From assembly GCA_964016885.1 (NCBI GenBank), contig OZ024744.1, positions 102,858,001 to 102,922,000 on the forward strand: a stretch of 64,000 nt of DNA, written 5' to 3'. The DNA is from Eledone cirrhosa. Its lineage: Eukaryota. The position numbers and the translations under genes were made by a program. Of the stretch, positions 24,883-37,600 are shown one piece after another (the first letter of the stretch is position 1; every line of letters starts with the position of its first letter). A model generated the notes under the pieces. The model saw only the letters and a program-made list of their open reading frames with translations. It searched no databases and had not been told where the DNA came from.

Positions 24883-27800
24883 CACTGTTTAAAGTGGTCC
24901 TGCTGCCATGAAACTAAAAAGTAACCAGTCCACTGTTTAAAGTGGTCCTGCTGCCATGAAAATAAAAAGTAGTCAGTCCACTGTTTAAAGTGGTCCTGCT
25001 GCCATGAAACTAAAAAGTAACCAGTCTACTGTTTAAAGTGGTCCTGTTGCCATGAAACTAAAGAGTAACCAGTCCACTGTTTAAAGTGCTCCTGCTGCCA
25101 TGAAACTAAAAATAGTCAGTCTACTTTTTAAAGTGGTCCTGTTGCCATGAAACTAAAAAGTAGTCAGTCCGATATTTAAAGTTGTCCTGCTGCCATGAAA
25201 CTAAAAAGTAGTCAGTCTACTGTTTAAAGTTATCCTGTTGCCATGAAACCAAAAAGTAGTCAGTCCACTGTTTAAAGTGGTCCTGCTGCCATGAAACTAA
25301 AAAGTAGTCAGTCTACTGTTTAAAGTGGTCCTGCTGCCATGAAACTAAAAAGTAGTCAGTCTACTGTTTAAAGTGGTCCTGCTGCCATGAAACTAAAAAG
25401 AAACCAGTCTACTGTTTAAAGTGGTCCTGCTGCCATGGAACTAAAAAGTAATCAGTCTACTGTTTAAAGTGGGCCTGCTGCTATGAAACTAAAAAGTAGT
25501 CAGTCCACTGTTTAAAGTGGTCCTGCTGCCATGAAACTAAAATGTAACCAGTCCACTGTTTAAAGTGGTACTGTTGCAATGAAACTAAAAAGTAACCAGT
25601 CCACTGTTTAAAGTGGTACTGTTGCAATGAAACTAAAAAGTAGTCAGTCCACTGTTTAAAGTGGTCCTGCTGCCATGAAACAAAAAGTAACCAGTCTACT
25701 GTTTAAAGTGGTCCTGTTGCCATGAAACTAAAAAGTAGTCAGTCTACTGTTTAAAGTGGTCCTGCTGCCATGAAACTAAAAAGTAGTCAGTCTACTGTTT
25801 AAAGTGGTCCTGTTGCCATGAAACTAAAAAATAGTCAGTCTACTGTTTAAAGTGGTCCTGCTGCCATGAAACTAAAAAGTAACCAGTCCAGTATTTAAAG
25901 TGGTCCTGCTGCCATGAAATTAAAAATTAGTCAGTCTACTGTTTAAAGTGGTCCTGTTGCCATGAAACTAAAAAGTGGTCAGTCTACTGTTCAAAGTGGT
26001 CCTGCTGCCATGAAACTAAAAAGTAGTCAGTCTACTGTTTAACTGGTCTTGTTGCCATGAAACTAAAAAGTAAACAGTCTACTGTTTAAAGTGGTCCTGT
26101 TGCCGTGAAACTAAAAAGTAACCATTCCACTGTTTAAAGTGGTCCTGCTGCCATGAAACTAGAAAGTAACCAGCCTACTCTTTAAAGTGGTCCTGTTGCC
26201 ATTAAACTAAAAAGTAACCAGTCTACTGTTTAAAATGGTCCTGCTGCCATGAAACTAAAAAGTAGTCAGTATACTGTTTAAAGTGGTCCTGCTGCCATGA
26301 AACTAAAAAGTAACCAGACCACTGTTTAAAGTGGTCCTGCTCCCATGAAACTAAAAAGTAACCAGTCTACTGCTTAAAGTGGTTCTGTTGCCATGAAACT
26401 AAAAAGCAGTCAGTCTACTGTTTAAAGTGGTCCTGTTGCCATGAAACTCAAAAGTAACCAGTCTACTGCTTAAAGTGGTCCTCTTGCAATGAAACTAAAA
26501 AGTAGTCAGTCTACTGTTTAAAGTGGTCCTGCTGCCATGAAACTAAAAACTAGTCAGTCTACTGTTTAAAGTGGTCCTGCTGCTAGAAACTAAAAAGTAA
26601 CCAGTCTATTGCTTAAAGTGGTTCTGTTGCCATGAAACTAAAAAGTAGTCAGTCTACTGTTTAAAGTGGTCCTCTTGCCATGAAACTAAAAAGTAGTCAG
26701 TCAACTGTTTAAAGTGGTCCTGCTGCCATGAAACTAAAAAGTAACCAGTTCCACTGTTTAAAGTGGTCCTGTTGCCATGAAACTAAAAATAAACAGTCTT
26801 CTGTTTAAAGTGGTCCTGTTGCCATGAAACTAAAAAGTAGTCAGTCCACTGTTTAAAGTGGTCCTGCTGCCATGAAACTAAAAAGTAATCAGTGTACTGT
26901 TTAACTGGTCTTGTTGCCATGAAACTGAAAAGTAACCAGTCTACTGTTCAAAGTGGTCCTGCTGCCATTAAACTAAAAAGTAGTCAGTCAACTGTTTAAA
27001 GTGGTCCTGCTGCCATGAAATTAAAAAGTAACCAGTCCACTGTTTAAAGTGGTTCTGCTGCCATGAAACTAAAAAGTAGTCAGTCTACTGTTTAAAGTGG
27101 TCCTGCTGCCATGAAACTAAAAAGTAACCAGTCTACTGTTTAAAGTGGTCCTGCTGCCATCAAACTAAAAAGTAGTCAGTCTACTGTTTAACTGGTCTTG
27201 TTACCATGAAACTAAAAAGTAACCAGTCTACTGTTCAAAGTGGTCCTGCTGCCATGAAACTACAAAGTTGTCAGTCAACTGTTTAAAGTGGTCCTGCTGC
27301 CATGAAACTAAAAAGTAACCAGTTCCACTGTTTAAAGTGGTCCTGTTGCCATGAAACTAAAAATAAACAGTCTACTGTTTAAAGTGGTCCTGTTGCCATG
27401 AAACAAAAAAGTAAACAGTCTACTGTTTAAAGTGGTCCTGTTGCCGTGAAACTAAAAAGTAACCATTCCACTGTTTAAAGTGGTCCTGCTTCCATGAAAC
27501 TAGAAAGTAACCAGCCTACTCTTTAAAGTGGTCCTGTTGCCATTAAACTAAAAAGTAACCAGTCTACTGTTTAAAGTGGTCCTGCTGCCATGAAACAAAA
27601 AAGTAGTCAGTCTACTGTTTTAAGTGGTCTTGCTGCCATGAAACTAAAAGATAGTCAGTTTTCTGTTTAAAGTGGTCCTGCTGCCATGAAACTAAAAAGT
27701 AACCAGCCTATTGCTTAAAGTGGTTCTGTTGCCATGAAACTAAAAAGTAGCCAGTCTACTGTTTAAAGTGGTCCTGCTGCCATGAAACTAAAAAGTAAAC

Positions 27801-30539
27801 ATTCCACGGTTTAAAGTGGTCCTGCTGCCATGAAACTAAAAAGTAACCAGTCCACTGTTTAAAGTGGTCCTGCTGCCATGAAACTAGTAAGTAACAAGCC
27901 TACTCTTTAAAGTGGTCCTGTTGCCATTAAACTAAAAATTAACCAGTCTACTGTTTAAAGTGGTCCTGTTGCCATGAAACTAAAAAGTAGTCAGTCTACT
28001 GTTTAAAGTGATCCCGCTGCCATGAAACTAAAAAGTAGTCAGTCTACTGTTTAAAGTGGTCCTGTTGCCATGAAACTAAAAAATAGTCAGTCTTCTGTTT
28101 AAAGTGGTCCTGCTGCCATGAAACTAAAAAGTAACCAGTCCACTGTTTAAAGTGGTCCTGCTGCCATGAAACTAAAAAGTAACCAGTCTACTGCTTAAAG
28201 TGGTTCTGTTGCCATGAAACTAAAAAGCAGTCAGTCTACTGTTTAAAGTGGTCCTGTTGCCATGAAACTCAAAAGTAACCAGTCCACTGTTTAAAGTGGT
28301 CCTGCTACCATGAAACTAAAAAGTAGTCATTATACTGTTTAAAGTGGTTCTGCTGCCATGAAAGTAAAAAGTAGTCATTATACTGTTTAAAGTGGTCCTG
28401 CTGCCATGAAACTAAAAAGTAGTCATTATACTGTTTAAAGTGGTCCTGCTGCCATGAAACTAAAAAGTAGTCATTATACTGTTTAAAGTGGTTCTGCTGC
28501 CATGAAAGTAAAAAGTAACCATTCCACTGTTTAAAGTGGTCCTGTTGCCATGAAACTAAAAAGTAGTCAGTCCACTGTTTAAAGTGGTCCTGCTGCCATA
28601 AAACTATAAAGTAATCAGTCTACTGTTTAAAGTGGTCCTGCTGACATGAAACTAAAAAGTAGTCAGTCCATGTTTAAAGTGGTCCTGCTGCCATGAAACT
28701 AAAAAGTAGTCTGTCCACCGTTTAACGTGGTCGTGCTGCCATGAAACTAAAAATAGTCAGTCCACTGTTTAAAGCGGTCCTGCTGCCAAGAAATTAAAAA
28801 GTAGTCAGTCTACTGTTTAAAGTGGTCCTTCTGCCATGAAAATAAAAAGTAGTCAGTCCACTGTTTAAAGTGGTCCTGCTGCCATGAAACTAAAAAGTAA
28901 CCAGTCTACTGTTTAAAGTGGTCCTGTTGCCATGAAACTAAAGAGTAACCAGTCCACTGTTTAAAGTGCTCCTGCTGCCATGAAACTAAAAATAGTCAGT
29001 CTACTTTTTAAAGTGGTCCTGTTGCCATAGAACTAAAAAGTAGTCAGTCCGATATTTAAAGTGGTCCTGCTGCCATGAAACTAAAAAGTAGTCAGTCTAC
29101 TGTTTAAAGTTATCCTGTTGCCATGAAACCAAAAAGTAGTCAGTCCACTGTTTAAAGTGGTCCTGCTGCCATGAAACTAAAAAGTAGTCAGTCTACTGTT
29201 TCAAGTGGTCCTGCTGCCATGAAACTAAAATGTAACCAGTCTACTGTTTAAAGTGGTCCTGCTGCCATGAAACTAAAAAGTAGTCAGTCTACTGTTTAAA
29301 GTGGTCCTGCTGCCATGAAAATAAAAAGTAGTCAGTCCACTGTTTAAAGTGGTCCTGCTGCCATGAAACTAAATAGTAACCAGTCTACTGCTTAAAGTGG
29401 TCCTGTTGCCATTAAACTAAAAAGTAACCAGTCAACTGTATGAAGTTGTCCTGCTGCCATGAAACTAAAAAGTAACCAGTCTACTGTTTAAAGTTATCCT
29501 GTTGCCATGAAACCAAAAAGTAGTCAGTCCACTGTTTAAAGTGCTCCTGCTGCCATGAAACTAAAAATAGTCAGTCTACTTTTTAAAGTGGTCCTGTTGC
29601 CATGAAACTAAAAAGTAGTCAGTCCGATATTTAAAGTGGTCCTGCTGCCATGAAACTAAAAAGTAGTCAGTCTACTGTTTAAAGTAATCCTATTGCCATG
29701 AAACCAAAAAGTAGTCAGTCCACTGTTTAAAGTGGTCCTGCTGCCATGAAACTAAAAAGTAGTCAGTCTACTGTTTAAAGTGGTCCTGCTGCCATGAAAC
29801 TAAAAAGTAACCAGTCTACTGTTTAAAGTGGTCCTGCTGCCATGGAACTAAAAAGTAATCAGTCTACTGTTTAAAGTGGGCCTGCTGCTATGAAACTAAA
29901 AAGTAGTCAGTCCACTGTTTAAAGTGGTTCTGCTGCCATGAAACTAAAAAGTAACCAGTCCACTGTTTAAAGTGGTACTGTTGCAATGAAACTAAAAAGT
30001 AGTCAGTCCACTGTTTAAAGTGGTCCTGCTGCTATGAAACTAAAAAGTAACCAGTCTACTGCTAAAAGTGGTCCTGTTGCCATGAAACTAAAAAGTAGTC
30101 AGTCTACTGTTTAAAGTGGTCCTGCTGCCATAAAACTAAAAAGTAGTCAGTCTACTGTTTAAAGTGGTCCTGTTGCCATGAAACTAAAAAATAGTCAGTC
30201 TGCTGTTTAAAGTGGTCCTGCTGCCAAGAAACTAAAAAGTAACCAGTCCAGTATTTAAAGTGGTCCTGCTGCCATGAAACTAAAAATTAGTCAGTCTACT
30301 GTTTAAAGTGGTCCTGTTGCCATGAAACTAAAAAGTGGTCAGTCTACTGTTCAAAGTGGTCCTGCTGCCATGAAACTAAAAAGTAGACAGTCTACTGTTT
30401 AACTGGTCTTGTTGCCATGAAACTAAAAAGTAACCAGTCTACTGCTTAAAGTGGTCCTGTTGCCATTAAACTAAAAAGTAACCAGTCAACTGTATGAAGT
30501 TGTCCTGCTGCCATGAAACTAAAAAGTAACCAGTCTACT

Positions 30540-33500
30540 GTTTAAAGTGGTCCTGCTGCAATGAAACTAAAAAGTAGTCAGTCTACTGTTTAAAGTGGTC
30601 CTGCTGCCATGAAACTAAAAAATAACCAGTCCACTGTTTAAAGTGGTCCTGCTGCCATGAAACTAAAAAGTAACCAGTCCACTGTTTAAAGTGGTCCTGC
30701 TGCCATGAAACTAAAAAGTAACCAGTCCACTGTTTAAAGTGGTCCTGTTGCCATGAAACTAAAAAGTAGTCAGACCACTGTTTAAAGTGGTCCTGCTGCC
30801 ATGAAACTAAAAAGTAGTCAGTCTACTGTTTAAAGTGGTCCTGTGTCCATGAAACTAAAAAATAGTCAGTCTTCTGTTTAAAGTGGTCCTGCAGCCATGA
30901 AACTAAAAAGTAGTGAGTATACTGTTTAAAGTGGTCCTGCTGCCATGAAACTAAAAAGTAACCAGTCCACTGTTTAAAGTGGTCCTGCTGCCATGAAACT
31001 AAAAAGTAACCAGTCTACTGCTTAAAGTGGTTCTGTTGCCATGAAACTAAAACGCAGTCCGTCTACTGTTTAAAGTGGTCCTGTTGCCATGAAACTCAAA
31101 AGTAACCAGTCCACTGTTTAAAATGGTCCTGTTGCCATGAAACTAAAAAGTAGCCAGTCTACTGTTTAAAATGGTCCTGTTGCCATGAAACTAAAACGTA
31201 ACCATTCCACTGTTTAAAGTGGTCCTGCTGCCATGAAACTAAAAAGTAACCAGTCCACCGTTTAAAGTGGTCCTGCTGCCATGAAACTAAAAAGTAACCA
31301 GTCCACTATTTAAAGTGGTCCTGTTGCCATGAAACTAAAAAGTAGTCAGTCCACTGTTTAAAGTGGTCCTGCTGCCATGAAACTAAAAAGTAACCAGTCT
31401 ACTGCTTAAAGTGGTCCTGCTGCCATGAAACTAAAAAGTAGACAGTCTACTGTTTAAAGTGGTCCTGTTGCCATGAAACTAAAAAATAGTCAGTCTACTG
31501 TTTAAAGTGGTCCTGCTGCCATGAAACTAAAAAGTAGTCAGTCTACTGTTTAAAGTAGCCCAGCTTCCATGAAACTAAAAAGTAGTCAGTATACTGTTTA
31601 AAGTGGTCCTGCTGCCATGAAACTAAAAAGTAACCAGACCACTGTTTAAACTGGTCCTGCTCCCATGAAACTAAAAAGTAACCAGTCTACTGCTTAAAGT
31701 GGTTCTGTTGCCATGAAACTAAAAAGTGGTCAGTCTACTGTTCAAAGTGGTCCTGCTGCCATGAAACTAAAAAGTAGACAGTCTACTGTTTAACTGGTCT
31801 TGTTGCCATGAAACTAAAAAGTAACCAGTCTACTGGTCAAAGTGGTCCTGCTGCCATGAAACTAAAAAGTAGTCAGTCAACTGTTTAAAGTGGTCCTGCT
31901 GCCCTGAAACTAAAAAGTAATCAGTCTACTGTTTAAACTGGTCCTGCTGCCATGAAACTAAAAAGTAACCAGTTCCACTGTTTAAAGTGGTCCTGTTGCC
32001 ATGAAACTAAAACGTGAACAGTCTACTGTTTAAAGTGGTCCTGTTACCATGAAACTAAAAAGTAAACAGTCTACTGTTTAAAGTGGTCCTGTTGCCGTGA
32101 AACTAAAAAGTAACCATTCCACTGTTTAAAGTGGTCCTGCTACCATGAAACTAGAAAGTAACCAGCCTACTCTTTAAAGTGGTCCTGTTGCCATTAAACT
32201 AAAAAGTAACCAGTCTACTGTTTAAAGTGGTCCTGCTGCCATGAAACTAAAAAGTAAACAGACCACTGTTTAAAGTGGTCCTGCTCCCATGAAACTAAAA
32301 AGTAACCAGTCTACTGCTTAAAGTGGTACTGTTGCCATGAAACTAAAAAGCAGTCAGTCTACTGTTTAAAGGGGTCCTGTTGCCATGAAACTCAAAAGTA
32401 ACCAGTCTACTGCTTAAAGTGGTCCTCTTGCAATGAAACTAAAAAGTAGTCAGTCTACTGTTTAAAGTGGTCCTGCTGCCATGAAACTAAAAAGTAGTCA
32501 GTCTACTGTTTAAAGTGGTCCTGCTGCCATGAAACTAAAAAGTAACCAGTCAACTGTTTAAAGTGGTCCTGCTGCCATGAAACTAAAAAGTAAACAGTCC
32601 ACTGTTTAAAGTGGTCCTGCTGCCATGAAAGTAAAAAGTAACCAGTCCACTGTTTAAAGTGGTCCTGTTGCCATGAAACCAAAAATTAGTCAGACCACTG
32701 TTTAAAGTGGTCCTGCTGCCATGAAACTAAAAAGTAACCAGTCTACTGCTTAAAGTGGTCCTCTTGCAATGAAACTAAAAAGTAGTCAGTCTACTGTTTG
32801 AAGTGGTCCTGCTGCCATGAAACTAAAAAGTAGTCAGTCTACTGTTTAAAGTGGTCCTGTTGCCATGAAACTAAAAAATAGTCAGTCTTCTGTTTAAAGT
32901 GGTCCTGCTGCCATGAAACTAAAAAGTAGTCAGTATACTGTTTAAAGTGGTCCTGCTGCCATGAAACTAAAAAGTAACCAGTCTACTGTTTAAAGTGGTC
33001 CAGCTGCCATGAAACTAAAAAGGAGTCAGTCTACTGTTTAAACTGGTCCTGCTGCCATGAAACTAGAAAGTAACCAGCCTACTCTTTAAAGTGGTCCTGT
33101 TGCCATTAAACTAAAAAGTAACCAGTCTACTGTTTAAAGTGGTCCTGCTGCCATGAAACTAAAAAGTAGTCAGTCTACTGTTTAAAGTGGCCCTGCTTTC
33201 ATGAAACTAAAAAGTAGTTAGTATACTGTTTAAAGTGGTCCTGCTGCCATGAAACTAAAAAGTAAACAGACCACTGTTAAAAGTGGTCCTGCTGCCATGA
33301 AACTAAAAAGTAACCAGTCTACTGCTTAAAGTGGTACTGTTGCCATGAAACTAAAAAGCAGTCAGTCTACTGTTTAAAGGGGTCCTGTTGCCATGAAACT
33401 CGAAAATAACCAGTCTACTGCTTAAAGTGGTCCTCTTGCAATGAAACTAAAAAGTAGTCAGTCTACTGTTTAAAGTGGTCCTGCTGCAATGAAACTAAAA

Positions 33501-34650
33501 AGTAGTCAGTCTACTGTTTAAAGTGGTCCTGCTGCCATGAAACTAAAAAATAACCAGTCCACTGTTTAAAGTGGTCCTGCTGCCATGAAACTAAAAAGTA
33601 ACCAGTCCACTGTTTAAAGTGGTCCTGCTGCCATGAAACTAAAAAGTAACCAGTCCACTGTTTAAAGTGGTCCTGTTGCCATGAAACTAAAAAGTAGTCA
33701 GACCACTGTTTAAAGTGGTCCTGCTGCCATGAAACTAAAAAGTAGTCAGTCTACTGTTTAAAGTGGTCCTGCTGCCATGAAACTAAAAAATAGTCAGTCT
33801 TCTGTTTAAAGTGGTCCTGCAGCCATGAAACTAAAAAGTAGTCAGTATACTGTTTAAAGTGGTCCTGCTGCCATGAAACTAAAAAGTAACCAGTCCACTG
33901 TTTAAAGTGGTTCTGCTGCCATGAAACTAAAAAGTAACCAGTCTACTGCTTAAAGTGGTTCTGTTGCCATGAAACTAAAACGCAGTCCGTCTACTGTTTA
34001 AAGTGGTCCTGTTGCCATGAAACTCAAAAGTAACCAGTCCACTGTTTAAAATGGTCCTGTTGCCATGAAACTAAAAAGTAGCCAGTCTACTGTTTAAAAT
34101 GGTCCTGTTGCCATGAAACTAAAACGTAACCATTCCACTGTTTAAAGTGGTCCTGCTGCCATGAAACTAAAAAGTAACCAGTCCACCGTTTAAAGTGGTC
34201 CTGCTGCCATGAAACTAAAAAGTAACCAGTCCACTATTTAAAGTGGTCCTGTTGCCATGAAACTAAAAAGTAGTCAGTCCACTGTTTAAAGTGGTCCTGC
34301 TGCCATGAAACTAAAAAGTAACCAGTCTACTGCTTAAAGTGGTCCTGCTGCCATGAAACTAAAAAGTAGTCAGTCTACTGTTTAAAGTGGTCCTGTTGCC
34401 ATGAAACTAAAAAATAGTCAGTCTACTGTTTAAAGTGGTCCTGCTGCCATGAAACTAAAAAGTAGTCAGTCTACTGTTTAAAGTAGCCCAGCTTCCATGA
34501 AACTAAAAAGTAGTCAGTATACTGTTTAAAGTGGTCCTGCTGCCATGAAACTAAAAAGTAACCAGACCACTGTTTAAACTGGTCCTGCTCCCATGAAACT
34601 AAAAAGTAACCAGTCTACTGCTTAAAGTGGTTCTGTTGCCATGAAACTAA
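30540..34650. repeat. Repeated block of about 1.1 kb (about 30540-31720 and about 33470-34650), offset 2928 bp (61 monomers)
   Basis: GCTGCAATG (C at 30559/33487) and GTAGCCCAGCTTCC (31555/34483) are both offset by 2928. Confidence 0.8.
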
Positions 34651-37600
34651 AAAGCAGTCAGTCTACTGTTTAAAGTGGTCCTGTTGCCATGAAACTCAAA
34701 AGTAACCAGTCTACTGCTTAAAGTGGTCCTCTTGCAATGAAACTAAAAAGTAGTCAGTCTACTGTTTAAAGTGGTCCTGCTGCCATGAAACTAAAAAGTA
34801 ACCAGTCCACTGTTTAAAGTGGTCCTGCTGCCATGAAACTAAAAAGTAACCAGTCCACTGTTTAAAGTGGTCCTGCTGCCATGAAACTAAAAAGTAACCA
34901 GTCCACTGTTTAAAGTGGTCCTGTTGCCATGAAACCAAAAATTAGTCAGACCACTGTTTAAAGTGGTCCTGCTGTCATGAAACTAAAAAGTAACCAGTCT
35001 ACTGCTTAAAGTGGTCCTCTTGCAATGAAACTAAAAAGTAGTCAGTCTACTGTTTAAAGTGGTCCTGCTGCCATGAAACTAAAAAGTAGTCAGTCCACTG
35101 TTTAAAGTGGTCCTGCTGCCATAAAACTAAAAAGCAGTCAGTCTACTGTTTAAAGTGGTCCTGTTGCCATGAAACTCAAAAGTAACCAGTCTACTGCTTA
35201 AAGTGGTCCTCTTGCAATGAAACTAAAAAGTAGTCAGTCTACTGTTTAAAGTGGTCCTGCTGCCATGAAACTAAAAAGTAGTCAGTCTACTGTTTAAAGT
35301 GGTCCTGCTGCCATGAAACTAAAAAGTAACCAGTCCACTGTTTAAAGTGGTCCTGCTGCCATGAAACTAAAAAGTAACCAGTCCACTGTTTAAAGTGGTC
35401 CTGTTGCCGTGAAACTAAAAAGTAACCATTCCACTGTTTAAAGTGGTCCTGCTACCATGAAACTAGAAAGTAACCAGCCTACTCTTTAAAGTGGTCCTGT
35501 TGCCATTAAACTAAAAAGTAACCAGTCTACTGTTTAAAGTGGTCCTGCTGCCATGAAACTAAAAAGTAGTCAGTCAACTGTTTAAAGTGGTCCTGCTGCC
35601 ATGAAACTAAAAAGTAATCAGTCTACTGTTTAAACTGGTCCTGCTGCCATGAAACTAAAAAGTAACCAGTTCCACTGTTTAAAGTGGTCCTGTTGCCATG
35701 AAACTAAAAAGTAAACAGTCTACTGTTTAAAGTGGTCCTGTTGCCGTGAAACTAAAAAGTAACCATTCCACTGTTTAAAGTGGTCCTGCTACCATGAACC
35801 TAGAAAGTAACCAGCCTACTCTTTAAAGTGGTCCTGTTGCCATTAAACTAAAAAGTAACCAGTCTACTGTTTAAAGTGGTCCTGCTGCCATGAAACTAAA
35901 AAGTAGTCAGTCTATTGTTTAAAGTGGCCCTGCTTCCATGAAACTAAAAAGTAGTCAGTATACTGTTTAAAGTGGTCCTGCTGCCATGAAACTAAAAAGT
36001 AACCAGACCACTGTTTAAAGTGGTCCTGCTCCCATGAATCTAAAAAGTAACCAGTCTACTGCTTGAAGTGGTTCTGTTGCCATGAAACTAAAAAGCAGTC
36101 AGTCTACTGTTTAAAGTGGTCCTGTTGCCATGAAACTCAAAAGTAACCAGTCTACTGCTTAAAGTGGTCCTCTTGCAATGAAACTAAAAAGTAGTCAGTC
36201 TACTGTTTAAAGTGGTCCTGCTGCCATGAAACTAAAAAGTAACCAGTCAACTGTTTAAAGTGGTCCTGCTGCCATGAAACTAAAAAGTAAACAGTCCACT
36301 GTTTAAAGTGGTCCTGCTGCCATGAAAGTAAAAAGTAACCAGTCCACTGTTTAAAGTGGTCCTGTTGCCATGAAACCAAAAATTAGTCAGACCACTGTTT
36401 AAAGTGGTCCTGCTGCCATGAAACTAAAAAGTAACCAGTCTACTGCTTAAAGTGGTCCTCTTGCAATGAAACTAAAAAGTAGTCAGTCTACTGTTTAAAG
36501 TGGTCCTGCTGCCATGAAACTAAAAAGTAGTCAGTCTACTGTTTAAAGTGGTCCTGTTGCCATGAAACTAAAAAATAGTTAGTCTTCTGTTTAAAGTGGT
36601 CCTGCTGCCATGAAACTAAAAAGTAGTCAGTATTCTGTTTAAAGTGGTCCTGCTGCCATGAAACTAAAAAGTAACCAGTCTACTGTTTAAAGTGGTCCAG
36701 CTGCCATGAAACTAAAAAGGAGTCAGTCTACTGTTTAAACTGGTCCTGCTGCCATGAAACTAAAAAGTAACCAGTTCCACTGTTTAAAGTGGTCCTGTTG
36801 CCATGAAACTAAAAAGTAAACAGTCTACTGTTTAAAGTGGTCCTGTTGCCATGAAACTAAAAAGTAAACAGTCTACTGTTTAAAGTGGTCCTGTTGCCAT
36901 GAAACTAAAAAGTAACCATTCCACTGTATAAAGTGGTCCTGCTGCCATGAAACTAGAAAGTAACCAGCCTACTCTTTAAAGTGGTCCTGTTGCCATTAAA
37001 CTAAAAAGTAACCAGTCTACTGTTTAAAGTGGTCCTGCTGCCATGAAACTAAAAAGTAGTCAGTCTACTGTTTAAAGTGGCCCTGCTTCCATGAAACTAA
37101 AAAGTAGTTAGTATACTGTTTAAAGTGGTCCTGCTGCCATGAAACTAAAAAGTAAACAGACCACTGTTTAAAGTGGTCCTGCTCCCATGAAACTAAAAAG
37201 TAACCAGTCTACTGCTTAAAGTGGTACTGTTGCCATGAAACTAAAAAGCAGTCAGTCTACTGTTTAAAGGGGTCCTGTTGCCATGAAACTCAAAAGTAAC
37301 CAGTCTACTGCTTAAAGTGGTCCTCTTACAATGAAACTAAAAAGTAGTCAGTCTACTGTTTAAAGTGGTCCTGCTGCAATGAAACTAAAAAGTAGTCAGT
37401 CTACTGTTTAAAGTGGTCCTGCTGCCATGAAACGAAAAAGTAACCAGTCCACTGTTTAAAGTGGTCCTGCTGCCATGAAACTAAAAAGTAACCAGTCCAC
37501 TGTTTAAAGTGGTCCTGTTGCCATGAAACTAAAAAGTAGTCTGACCACTGTTTAAAGTGGTCCTGCTGCCATGAAACTAAAAAGTAGTCAGTCTACTGTT

